From: Longimicrobiales bacterium
GTDB taxonomy: Bacteria; Gemmatimonadota; Gemmatimonadetes; Longimicrobiales; Gaopeijiaceae
Length of the DNA: 64,000 nucleotides
Reading direction: 5' to 3'
Assembly (NCBI GenBank): GCA_965202805.1
Contig: OZ241869.1
Coordinates: 2,016,001-2,080,000 of the forward strand
Numbering within the stretch: position 1 is the first letter of the stretch; each line of letters starts with the position of its first letter. Shown one piece after another: positions 1 to 8,972 of this stretch. A program made the translations under genes and the position numbers. A model generated the notes under the pieces. The model ran no database searches. It saw nothing but the letters and a program-made list of their open reading frames with translations, and had not been told where the DNA came from.

Positions 1-3000
1 CGGCGGTGACGAGCGGCACGGCGAGCGGTGCGATCGCGCTGAGCGTGGGGTCCAACGCGATCACGGTGCGGGTGACGGCCCAGGACGGGACGACGACGAA
101 GGACTACACCGTGACCATCACGCGGCAGGCGGCGGCGTCGTCGAACGCGAACCTGAGCGGGCTCGCGGCCACCACCTCCACGAGTTCCACGGGGACGTTC
201 ACGGCGCTGAACATCGGCACGTTCGCCTCGGGCACCACGAGCTACACGGCGACGGTGGCGAACGCGAGGACGCACGCGAAGGTGACGCCGACGGTGGCGC
301 ACGGCTCGGCGACGGTGACGGTGAACGGGACGGCGGTGACGAGCGGCTCGGCGAGCGCCGCGATCGCGCTCACCGTGGGGTCCAACGCGATCACGGTGCG
401 GGTGACGGCCCAGGACGGGACGACGACGAAGGACTACACCGTGACCATCACGCGGCAGGCGCCGGACGCGCCGCCTGCGGTGTCGCTGTCGGCGTCGCCG
501 AACCCGGTGGGCGAGGGCTCGGACGTGACGGTGACGGCGACGCTCTCGAAGGCGCTGTCGGCGGCAGTGACGATCCCGCTGACGCTGACGGCGGGCACGG
601 CGGAGGCGGGGGATTACGGCGCGCTGGCGTCGATCACGGTTGCGTCGGGCGCGACCAGCGGCACGGGCACGATCACGACGAGCCAGGACACGGACGACGA
701 ACACGAGACGTTCACGGTGGCGCTCGGGAGCCTGCCGTCGTCGGTGACCGCGGGCACCCCGACCTCGGTCGAGGTGAGGATTACGGACTCCGGCGCGGTG
801 GACGCGACGCTGACGGCGAGCCCGCTTCGCCCGGCGGAGGGCCGGACGGCGACGCTGATAGCGCGGCTTTCGCAGCCTGCGCCGGCGGGCGGGATCACGC
901 TGCACTTCTGGACGACCGGCGGCACGGCGTCGCGGGGCGGCGACTTCACGCTCGAGCCGGCGCCGCCCGGCAACTTCGTCGACCGGACGGCGGACATCGT
1001 GATCGCCGAGGGTAACCGCACCGCGCAGGGGCGGGTCGTGATCGTCGCCGACGACGAGGACGAGGAGGACGAGACGATCATCATGACGGTGGTCGGTCCC
1101 TGGGGCTCGGCGCCGGAGATCACGCTGACGATTCCGGCGAACGCCCCCTCCGGGCCGCCGCTGACGCTGTCGGCGAGCACGCGGCGACCGCGGGAGGGCT
1201 CGCAGGTGACGTTGACGGCGGTCCTGAGGGACCCGGCGCCGGCGGGCGGGGTGACGGTGACGTTCTTCGCCGAGGGGGTGGGCGACAGCCCCGCGACCGC
1301 GGAGCTGGACTACACGCTCGATCCGCCGCATCCGTCGGGCGCGGCGACCGTTACGGCGGACATCGTGATCCCCGAGGGTTCGCGGGGGACCAGGGCGACC
1401 CTGAGCGTGCTGGAGGACGGCGAGCCCGAGGGCGACGAGTTGATCGAGATCGGGGTGGCCACCACCCCGTCGACGTACACGTCTCCCGTCGACACGCTGA
1501 CGATCCCGGGCAACGACACCTACGCGCCGGAGGTCTGGCTCGGGGCGTCTCCGAACCCCGTCGGCGAGGGCGACACGGTGACCGTGACGGCGTTCCTGTC
1601 GGGGGCGCTCGATGCCGCGGTGACGGTCCCGGTGCGGACGGTGCGGGGCACGTCGGAGTCGGGCGACCACGGCACGCTGTCGAGCATACGGATCGCGGCG
1701 GGCGAGACGGCCGGCGATGGCCGGATCGCGACGCGCCAGGACTCCGACGGGGACGACGAGACGTTCTCGGTGGTGTTGCGCGCCCTGCCGGCGTCGTTGC
1801 GGGCGGGCGACCCGGACTCGGTCGAGGTGACGATCGAGGACGACGACGAGGGGCCCCCGGCGGTCCGGCTCGAAGCGTATCCGAACCCGGTCGCGGAGGG
1901 CGACACGGTGACGGTCGAGGCGCGGCTGTCGGTGGGGCTCGACGGCGCGGTGACGATCCCGGTGCGGACGGTGCGGGGCACGTCGGAGTCGGGCGACCAC
2001 GGCACGCTGTCGAGCATACGGATCGCGGCGGGACAGATCGTCGGCGAGGGCCGGATCTGGACGGCGCGGGACTCGGACTCGGACGCGGAGACCTTCACGG
2101 TCGGGCTGGGCAGCCTGCCCTCGTCGGTCTCGGCGGGCAGCCCGGACGAGGTCGAGATCACGATCTCCGACGACGCCGCGCCCTCGGTGTGGCTGGAGGC
2201 GTATCCGAACCCGGTCGCGGAGGGCGACACGGTGACGGTCGAGGCGTTCCTGACGGAGACGTTCGATCGCGCGGTGACGATCCCGGTGCGGACGGCGCGG
2301 GGCTCGTCGGAGTCGGGCGACCACGGCACGCTGTCCGGGATCCGGATCGCGGCGGGCGAGGCGTCCGGGGAGGGCCGGATCTGGACGGCCGCGGATGTGG
2401 ACGGCGACGACGAGACGTTCACGGTGCGGCTGGGCGGCAACCTGCCGTCGCCGCTGCACGCGGGCAGCCCGGACGAGGTCGAGATCACGATCGCCGACAA
2501 CGGCGGCGGCACCGCGCCGGGCGCCCCGGGGAACCTGCGGGTGACGGCGGGCGACGAGCGGCTCGACCTGACCTGGACGGCGCCCTCGTCGGGGTCGGCC
2601 ACGGACTACACCGTCGAGTACAAGGAGCGCACCGCGTCCGACTGGACGGGGCTCTCCGAGCCCGACTACACGGACACCGAGGCGGCGATCGAGGGCCTCG
2701 TGAACGGCACGCGCTACGACGTGCGCGTGCAGGCCTGGAACGAGCACGGGCCGGGCGCGTGGGCGACCGGCTCGGGCACGCCCACGGGCGGCGGGGGCTC
2801 GAACGCCTCGAACGCGAACCTGCGCGCCCTGACGGTGAGGGTGAGCGAGGGCGAGAACGGCACCTACCGCTCGCTCGCGCTCGTCCCGTCGTTCCGGCAG
2901 TCGGTGACGACGTACGCCACGGCCACGGCGCCGGCCGCGACCACGCACATGAAGCTGACGCCGACGGCGGTCAACGCGAAAGCGCTGATCCTCATTGAAG

Positions 3001-3899
3001 GCCACGAGGTGGCCAGCGGCTCGGCGAGCCCGGCCATCGCGGTCGGCCACGGCTGGACGTTCTGGGTCACCGTCATCTCCGAGGACCAGAGCGCGTCCAA
3101 GGAGTACTCGGTCGAGGTGCGGATCGCGCAGGCCTCGGGGGACGCGGCGGGCAGCTTCACGGCGGGTCTGGACGCCGCGCTCGCCGTCGTCGGGCGCCTG
3201 AGCCCGGAGGACGCGGCGGGCGCGCTGCTCGGCGAGCGGAGCCTCGCGGACGAGCGGCTCGAAGCGCTCGACCGGCTCGGCAACGCCAACGGCCGCTACG
3301 ACGTGGGCGACCTCCTGTCGTGGATCGAGCGATGCAAGAGCGGAGGGGCGAGGTGCGGGCCGCCGCCGCAGACGCCACCGCCCGCTTCGGACGCGGCGCT
3401 GCCCGGAGCCGTCGGAGCGGCTGCCACGAAACGGCCGCGGCGGCGCGGGCCGGGAGGAAGGGTGCGCAGGCGGACGCGACCGCGGCGAAGGCTGCGCGGG
3501 CTCGCGGTGCTGCTCGCCGCGGCGCTCTGGTCGTGCGACGGCGGAGGCGTCGTGGACCTGCCCGCGAACGCCGACGTTCCCGTGCCGGGAACCCTCGCCG
3601 TCGAGTGGACGGCCGCGGCGGGAGGCGCGGCGGCGGCGGGCGCGCTCGTCGAGATCGACGGGCCGGACGTGGGTGACGCGCGGACGCCGGGCGGGCTCGA
3701 ACTGTACGCGGCCGGGCAGGCCAACGGGCCGAGGCGGTTCGTGATCGCGGGCGACATGCCGAACGGTCCCGTGTTGGAGTTCGAGGTGCCCGACAGGAGA
3801 CAGGCCGGACTCTACACCGTCCGCGTCGTCGAGGTCGCCGGGGAGGACCACCGGCTGCTGGACACGGACCGGTACCGGGCGGGGATCGCGTCGAACTGA
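1..3899 (+). CDS. Large repeat surface protein/adhesin, 5'-truncated by window (cadherin-like beta-sandwich repeats, Calx-beta-like repeats, Fn3, C-terminal EF-hand/dockerin-like motif and lipoprotein-like tail)
   Basis: Open frame from window start. Repeated 'LxVGSNAITVRVTAQDGTTTKDYTVTITR' (cadherin-like beta sandwich), ~110-aa 'PNPVxEG..DxDxDDETF' units (Calx-beta-like), and 'APGAPGNLRVTAGD..LTW..Y..LVNGTRYDVRVQAWN' (Fn3). Confidence 0.85.
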   Translation, partial: AVTSGTASGAIALSVGSNAITVRVTAQDGTTTKDYTVTITRQAAASSNANLSGLAATTSTSSTGTFTALNIGTFASGTTSYTATVANARTHAKVTPTVAHGSATVTVNGTAVTSGSASAAIALTVGSNAITVRVTAQDGTTTKDYTVTITRQAPDAPPAVSLSASPNPVGEGSDVTVTATLSKALSAAVTIPLTLTAGTAEAGDYGALASITVASGATSGTGTITTSQDTDDEHETFTVALGSLPSSVTAGTPTSVEVRITDSGAVDATLTASPLRPAEGRTATLIARLSQPAPAGGITLHFWTTGGTASRGGDFTLEPAPPGNFVDRTADIVIAEGNRTAQGRVVIVADDEDEEDETIIMTVVGPWGSAPEITLTIPANAPSGPPLTLSASTRRPREGSQVTLTAVLRDPAPAGGVTVTFFAEGVGDSPATAELDYTLDPPHPSGAATVTADIVIPEGSRGTRATLSVLEDGEPEGDELIEIGVATTPSTYTSPVDTLTIPGNDTYAPEVWLGASPNPVGEGDTVTVTAFLSGALDAAVTVPVRTVRGTSESGDHGTLSSIRIAAGETAGDGRIATRQDSDGDDETFSVVLRALPASLRAGDPDSVEVTIEDDDEGPPAVRLEAYPNPVAEGDTVTVEARLSVGLDGAVTIPVRTVRGTSESGDHGTLSSIRIAAGQIVGEGRIWTARDSDSDAETFTVGLGSLPSSVSAGSPDEVEITISDDAAPSVWLEAYPNPVAEGDTVTVEAFLTETFDRAVTIPVRTARGSSESGDHGTLSGIRIAAGEASGEGRIWTAADVDGDDETFTVRLGGNLPSPLHAGSPDEVEITIADNGGGTAPGAPGNLRVTAGDERLDLTWTAPSSGSATDYTVEYKERTASDWTGLSEPDYTDTEAAIEGLVNGTRYDVRVQAWNEHGPGAWATGSGTPTGGGGSNASNANLRALTVRVSEGENGTYRSLALVPSFRQSVTTYATATAPAATTHMKLTPTAVNAKALILIEGHEVASGSASPAIAVGHGWTFWVTVISEDQSASKEYSVEVRIAQASGDAAGSFTAGLDAALAVVGRLSPEDAAGALLGERSLADERLEALDRLGNANGRYDVGDLLSWIERCKSGGARCGPPPQTPPPASDAALPGAVGAAATKRPRRRGPGGRVRRRTRPRRRLRGLAVLLAAALWSCDGGGVVDLPANADVPVPGTLAVEWTAAAGGAAAAGALVEIDGPDVGDARTPGGLELYAAGQANGPRRFVIAGDMPNGPVLEFEVPDRRQAGLYTVRVVEVAGEDHRLLDTDRYRAGIASN
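44..461 (+). repeat. Intragenic direct repeat: 44-131 identical to 374-461 (88 bp, offset 330)
   Basis: Direct sequence comparison. Confidence 0.9.
1627..2032 (+). repeat. Intragenic direct repeat: 1627-1702 identical to 1957-2032; a third diverged unit lies at ~2190-2490
   Basis: Direct sequence comparison of the Calx-beta-like units. Confidence 0.85.
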
Positions 3900-3916
3900 A
3901 GCCTTCGGGCTAGGGT

Positions 3917-3960
3917 GACCCCCCGGCGTGCGCGCTGCGGCTCGTGCGCGCCGGGGGGTC
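3917..3960 (+). terminator. Long GC stem-loop after the adhesin stop (terminator-like, no U tract)
   Basis: GACCCCCCGGCG (3917-3928) pairs with CGCCGGGGGGTC (3949-3960); the stem extends inward with G-U pairs. Confidence 0.5.
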
Positions 3961-4421
3961 GGACGTTGCGGCAACGCCGCCGAGCGGCCCGGGGCTCGCC
4001 GGTGGACGGTCCGGCGGAACGAGGCGCGCCCTTCGGCGGCGCCATCCCGGCGCCCGCGAACGACGGCCCGCCGCTGTAGCGCCGCTCGTCTGCGGCACCT
4101 TCCGTGACGCGCCCGCACGGGCGCTTCGCGGGATCTCCCTCCACGCCGGCATCCCGGCGACCCGCCTCCTAAACCCAAAGACCGTCCCCGCCGGAACCGG
4201 CGGCCCGGCTTCCCGGACGACATCCCACTCCCGCGGCGTTCGAGACCTGCCGCGCACCGGCCCGGCGGCTCCCGCACGGCCGTTTCAGGGCCCGGCCTTC
4301 CGGCCGGAGTCCACCCCCCTTCGCCGGACCTCCAGGACGCCCCCCGGGGGCGCACCGCCACCGCAGTGGCGGCGGCCTCCGACACGTCTGGGACAACCTG
4401 GGATAACCATAGACACCAGAG

Positions 4422-4450
4422 ACACTTAGGAGATCTCCTAAGTGTTGACT
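4422..4450 (+). promoter_or_regulatory. Perfect 24-bp palindrome (operator) abutting a TTGACT -35-like hexamer upstream of the ICE transfer operon
   Basis: ACACTTAGGAGATCTCCTAAGTGT (4422-4445) is its own reverse complement; TTGACT lies at 4445-4450. Confidence 0.7.
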
Positions 4451-4507
4451 TCCCCCAAAAGGTCCTTTCACCGTTACGGGCCTGAACGCGGCTGGAACGG
4501 CAGTCGA

Positions 4508-5041
4508 ATGGCGACGCTGGAGGAGCAATTCAACACACGAATCGGCGGGTTTCTCGACGACACGGGCATGGCGCCGACGACGCTCGGCATGCTGGCGGTG
4601 GGCGACCCGAATCTGATGCGCCAGATCGAGCGGGGCCGCTCGTTGACGCTCAGGACGGCGGACCGGGTGGTCGCGTTCATCGACGACTACGAGCGGGTCG
4701 CGGGCGGCGCCGAGGCTCCGCCCGCCCGACCGCGCAGACGGAGGCCCGCCATGTGGGCGAGGCGGGAGAGCAAGATGCAGCGGAGCGGAGCGATGACGAA
4801 CGAACGCAGCAACGAGCGGACGAACCCGGCGACCCGTCTCCTGCGGATCTCGGAAGTGCAGGCCCGGACGGGCCTGGGGCGGAGCACGATTTACCGGTGG
4901 GCGGCCGAGGGCCGCTTCCCGCGGCCGGTCCGGCTGGGCGGGCGCGTCGCGCGCTGGGTCGAGGCCGAGGTGGACGAGTGGCTCCGGAAATGGCTGGAGA
5001 GGCGCCGGGGCGTCGAGGTCCCGGCGGCGGCACGCAACTGA
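4508..5041 (+). CDS. Cro-like HTH + AlpA-family fusion regulator
   Basis: N-terminal 'PTTLGMLAVGDPNLMRQIERGRSLTLRTADRV' is a phage Cro-like HTH; C-terminal 'LLRISEVQARTGLGRSTIY..GRFPRPVRLG..W..EVDEW' is AlpA-like. Confidence 0.75.
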   Translation: MATLEEQFNTRIGGFLDDTGMAPTTLGMLAVGDPNLMRQIERGRSLTLRTADRVVAFIDDYERVAGGAEAPPARPRRRRPAMWARRESKMQRSGAMTNERSNERTNPATRLLRISEVQARTGLGRSTIYRWAAEGRFPRPVRLGGRVARWVEAEVDEWLRKWLERRRGVEVPAAARN

Positions 5042-5063
5042 ACTCCCAAGGAGGAGAGAGAGC

Positions 5064-5351
5064 ATGAGAACGTTGTCGAGAACGCTGCGAGGGGCCGCCT
5101 GGGCCGCGCTGCTGATGCTGACGCCCGGCGCGCTGACGGCGCAGGGCACGAGCCCGTGGGTCGACGCGGTGACCGAGCTTCAGACACAGTTCACCGGTCC
5201 GATCGCGCGCGGGCTGTCGCTGATCGCGATCGTGGTGGGCGGCCTGATGTTCGCGTTCGGCGAAGGCGGGAGCAAGCGCACGCTGGCCGGGATCATCTTC
5301 GGGATCGGGATGGCCGTGGGCGCGGTCAACTTCCTCGGCTGGCTGTTCTGA
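5064..5351 (+). CDS. virB2: VirB2/TrbC-family pilin
   Basis: Signal peptide, 'PW..L...FTGP.A', two hydrophobic helices; first gene of the T4SS cluster. Confidence 0.85.
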   Translation: MRTLSRTLRGAAWAALLMLTPGALTAQGTSPWVDAVTELQTQFTGPIARGLSLIAIVVGGLMFAFGEGGSKRTLAGIIFGIGMAVGAVNFLGWLF

Positions 5352-5656
5352 TGCGGGGCCTCGCGCGCTGGCCGGGCTACGCGGCGCTCAACCGTCCGCT
5401 GACGGTGCTGGGCGTCGAGCGGCGGCTGTTCCTGCTGGGCGCGACGCTCGCCGTCGCGGTGTGGAACGCGACCGCTTCGCTGGTGGCGGGCGGCCTGGTG
5501 TTCGCGGGCTGCTACGGCGCGGGCTGGCTCGCTGGCCGGAGGGACCCGGCCATGCTCGCGGTGCTCCGGGCGGCCGCCCGGTATCCGGCCCGGTTCGATC
5601 CGGGCAAGTGGGCGCACGAGCCGTGGCACCTCCGCATCCGGGCGGGCTCGAAGTGA
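5351..5656 (+). CDS. virB3: VirB3/TrbD-family protein
   Basis: 'ALNRPLTVLGVER' motif, two TM segments, 'DP' motif; TGATG coupling to virB2. Confidence 0.8.
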   Translation: MRGLARWPGYAALNRPLTVLGVERRLFLLGATLAVAVWNATASLVAGGLVFAGCYGAGWLAGRRDPAMLAVLRAAARYPARFDPGKWAHEPWHLRIRAGSK

Positions 5657-8091
5657 GGGCCGCCGCCGAACGCCGCGCCTGGGAGGCGGCGGGCTCGCTG
5701 GCCGAGGAGCTGCCCTACTGGGGCTGGCTCGAGGACGGCCGCACCTGCCTGACCCGTTCGGGCGAACTGATCGCGGCGGGCCGGATCCGGCCCGCCGTGG
5801 TGGACGGCCGCACGCCGGAACAGATCGACCGCGTGCTGGGCCTCTGGCAGCGGCTGCTGTCGGGGCTCGGGTCCGGCACGCGCCTCCAGTTCCACATGCT
5901 CCGGCGCCCGAGCCGCGCCGGGAGTCCGCGGGACGGCGGTTCGGACATCGCGTCCGTCTCGGCGGCCAAGCGCCGCGCGTTCCTCGCCGAGCGCGTGCAG
6001 CGGCTCGACGCCTACGCCGTCTGGTCGCACGACCCCGGCCTTCGCCCGGTGGCCGAGGGCGCGCGGCGGGGACCGCTCTCCCGGCTCACGGGATGGAGGA
6101 AGCGCCGCCGGAGCGCGCCGGCCTACCTCGCGTCCGAGATCGAGGCGGGCGCGGACCGGTTCCGGGCGATGGTCGAGGCGGGCCGCTCGCTCGTGGCCGA
6201 GCACACGCCCGTCGAGATGCTGGAAGCGGTCGAGGCGTCCCGGCTTCTTTCCGAGCTGACGAACAGGCCCGGCACGTTCTGGGACGGCGCGACGGGCAGC
6301 GGCATGAACTGGCGGCTCGCGCTCTCGGAACTGGAGGCCGAGCGCAGTCACCTCCGCCTCGACGGCGAGCCGGTGATCCTGTATTCGCTGCTGTCGCCCC
6401 CGGGCCAGGCGCACGCGAACCTGCTCCGCGACCTCTACTGCCTGGACGCGGCGCTGACCGTCTCGCTCGAATGGCGGCCGTGGACGGTCGAGAAGGCGCG
6501 GCGCCGGATCCGGAGCGCGCAGCGCCACTACTTCGCGCGCCGCTACTCGATGATGGCGCACGCGCAGGATGCGCAGGGCACGGCCGCGGCGATGGTCGAT
6601 TCGGCCGCGGCGGCCGAGTCGGACCGGCTGGGCGGCGCGCTCGTCGAACTCGAAGCCGACGGCGTGGCCTACGGCGAGGTTTCGCTGACCGTCGCGCTTC
6701 ACGGCGAACTCGAAGGGATCGAGCGGCTGGACGGCGACGTGCGACGGCTGTTCGCCGCGCACGACGCGAAGGTTGTCCGGGAGGGCTACGGCCAGCTCCC
6801 TGTGTGGTTCGCGCGGCTCCCGGCCCAGCCGCCGGGGCGGCAGATCCGCACCGTGTTCGTCTCGGCCGGGCTCGCCGCGTGCCTCGCGCCGGTGTTCGGG
6901 CCGCCGAGGGGCTCGGAGAGGAGCGGCCACCTGGGCCGCGAGGCGCTCGCGGTGTTCGAGACGCCGTGGCGGACGGCCTACCACTACGACCTGTTCCGCG
7001 GCGACGTGGGCCACACGCTGATCCTCGGAGCGACGGGCTCGGGCAAGAGCTTCGCGCTCAACTTCCTGCTGGTCGAGGCGCTCAAGTACGAACCCCGCGT
7101 GCTGATCCTCGACCTGGGCGGCTCGTACCGCTGGCTGACCCGGTTCCTCGGGGGCTCGTATCTGGAGCTCACCCCCGGAAGCGCGAAGTCCGGCCTCCGG
7201 CTCCAGCCGTTCGCGCTGCCCCCGACGACGCGGACGTTCCAGTTCCTGACCGGCTGGGTGCTGCGGCTGCTGAAGCTCGGGGGCTACGAGGCCGGGGGCG
7301 CGGACACGAGCGAGATCCGCGCGCGGATCGAGGACCTGTACGCGCTCGGGGCGGAGCGCCGCACCCTGAGCGTGCTCACGGGTTCGCTCCCGGCCGCGAT
7401 GTGGCCGGCGCTGAGCCGCTGGACGGAGGGCGGCGCGTGGGGCGCGTACTTCGACAACCCCCCGTCGGACGGGCCGGACATCGAGTTCCGCGACTGGCAG
7501 GTGATCGATCTGGCCGGCGCCGCCGAGCACGCGGACCTGTGCGAGGCCGCGCTCTCGTACCTGCTGGAGCGGATGCGCCTCGAGATCGAGGACCCTCGCG
7601 AAGCCGCGCGGCTCAAGCTGATGGTCGTGGACGAGGCGTGGCGGTACATGCAGGACCCCGCCGTGCTCGCCTACCTGGCCGAGGCGGCCAAGACGTGGCG
7701 CAAGAAGAACGCCGCGCTCGTGCTCGCGACGCAGTCCGCCGTGGACGTGACGGGGACGGCGGGCGCCGCCGCGCTGCTGGAGTCGATCCCGACCAAGCTG
7801 TTCCTCGCCAACCCCGAACTCCCGGACGAGGCCGGGGCGCTGTTCCGGCTGAACGAGTCGGAGGTGGCCCGCATCCGGGAACTCGCGCCGAAGCGCGAAC
7901 TCTACCTCCGGCGGCCGGACGAGGCGGCGGTGCTCCGGCTCGAAGTCGATCCCGAGAGCTACTGGCTCTACACCTCGTCGCCGCTCGACGCCGAGAGACG
8001 CGCCGATGCCGTCGCGAGGCACGGCCTGCCGCGCGGGCTCGAAGCGCTCGCGAACCCGGCCCGTCCCACCCCACTCACCGAGAGGACGTGA
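5653..8091 (+). CDS. virB4: VirB4/TrbE conjugative ATPase
   Basis: 'GHTLILGATGSGKS' Walker A, 'LMVVDEAW' Walker B, 'ATQS'. GTG start overlaps the virB3 stop. Confidence 0.92.
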   Translation: MRAAAERRAWEAAGSLAEELPYWGWLEDGRTCLTRSGELIAAGRIRPAVVDGRTPEQIDRVLGLWQRLLSGLGSGTRLQFHMLRRPSRAGSPRDGGSDIASVSAAKRRAFLAERVQRLDAYAVWSHDPGLRPVAEGARRGPLSRLTGWRKRRRSAPAYLASEIEAGADRFRAMVEAGRSLVAEHTPVEMLEAVEASRLLSELTNRPGTFWDGATGSGMNWRLALSELEAERSHLRLDGEPVILYSLLSPPGQAHANLLRDLYCLDAALTVSLEWRPWTVEKARRRIRSAQRHYFARRYSMMAHAQDAQGTAAAMVDSAAAAESDRLGGALVELEADGVAYGEVSLTVALHGELEGIERLDGDVRRLFAAHDAKVVREGYGQLPVWFARLPAQPPGRQIRTVFVSAGLAACLAPVFGPPRGSERSGHLGREALAVFETPWRTAYHYDLFRGDVGHTLILGATGSGKSFALNFLLVEALKYEPRVLILDLGGSYRWLTRFLGGSYLELTPGSAKSGLRLQPFALPPTTRTFQFLTGWVLRLLKLGGYEAGGADTSEIRARIEDLYALGAERRTLSVLTGSLPAAMWPALSRWTEGGAWGAYFDNPPSDGPDIEFRDWQVIDLAGAAEHADLCEAALSYLLERMRLEIEDPREAARLKLMVVDEAWRYMQDPAVLAYLAEAAKTWRKKNAALVLATQSAVDVTGTAGAAALLESIPTKLFLANPELPDEAGALFRLNESEVARIRELAPKRELYLRRPDEAAVLRLEVDPESYWLYTSSPLDAERRADAVARHGLPRGLEALANPARPTPLTERT

Positions 8092-8972
8092 ACACCATGA
8101 GAAATGCGACCATAGCGGCCCTGCTGGGCGTCATCGTCGTGCTGCTGACGCTGCTGCTCGCGGCGGCCCCCGCCGAAGGGGCCGCCCAGCAAGCTCCCGC
8201 CGACGCGGCCCTGCTCCGGGTGCCCCCGCCGGAGGAGGGCGGCGCGCGCATCCCCCGTATACGCGCGCGCGTGCGCCACACCACGTTAATCGTGCTCCCC
8301 GCCGGGGAGCGGATCCTGGACTTCGTGGCCGGCGACTCCGAGTACTGGCACCTGACCGGCGCGGCGAACGTCGCGTACCTGAAGCCGCTGGCCGAAGACG
8401 CGGCGACCAACATCGCGCTCGTCTGCGAATCCGGCCGCATCTACTCGTTCCTCGTCTCCGAGCACGGCGAGAAGCCGCCCCATCTCGTCGTCCGGGTCGA
8501 GCCGGGCGCGGAGCCGGCGGGGATGGCCGGCGCTCCCGGGTTCGTCGCCCGGAGCGAGGTCGCCGTCTACCGCGAGATGGCGGCCGAGGCCGTCGAGGCC
8601 GCGCGCAGGGCGCGCGAGGACGCGGAGGCCGGCGTTCTCGACGCGCGCGAGCGGGCCGCGGCGGAGGTCGAGGCGTTCCGCGCCTCCTACCCCGAGCGGC
8701 TCCGGTTCGAGTACCGGCTGGACCGGGACGCGCCCAAGCGGCCGTTCCTCGTCGAGGCGATGTGGCACGACGGTGAGTTCACCTATCTGCGTTCGCGCGC
8801 GCAGGAGTCCCCGGCGCTCTACGAGGTCCAGGACGGCGAGCCGAGTCTGGTCGCGTTCGACCTCACCGAGGACGGGCTCTACGTCGCCCGCCGCGTCCTG
8901 GGCGACGGCTGGCTCCAGATCGGCGACAGGCGGCTGCGCTGGCGGTTCGAGCCGGCGGAGAGCGGCCGATGA
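8088..8972 (+). CDS. virB9: VirB9/TrbG-family core-complex protein (start GTG 8088 or ATG 8097)
   Basis: Signal peptide; 'TLIVLP.GERI....GDSEYW', 'LKP....TN', C-terminal 'WHDGEFTY....PALY'. Confidence 0.8.
   Translation: MNTMRNATIAALLGVIVVLLTLLLAAAPAEGAAQQAPADAALLRVPPPEEGGARIPRIRARVRHTTLIVLPAGERILDFVAGDSEYWHLTGAANVAYLKPLAEDAATNIALVCESGRIYSFLVSEHGEKPPHLVVRVEPGAEPAGMAGAPGFVARSEVAVYREMAAEAVEAARRAREDAEAGVLDARERAAAEVEAFRASYPERLRFEYRLDRDAPKRPFLVEAMWHDGEFTYLRSRAQESPALYEVQDGEPSLVAFDLTEDGLYVARRVLGDGWLQIGDRRLRWRFEPAESGR

Noticed and set aside
3900..4500. ICE attL (partial tRNA-Ile copy)
   Set aside because: Only a 7-bp GGGCCTG match near 4478, too short to support.
5512..8022. Long antisense/alternate-frame ORFs (also 22443-24692, 41924-43531, 59136-61229, 61177-63804)
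   Set aside because: Shadow ORFs of GC3-rich real genes; Arg/Pro/Gly-rich with no motifs.
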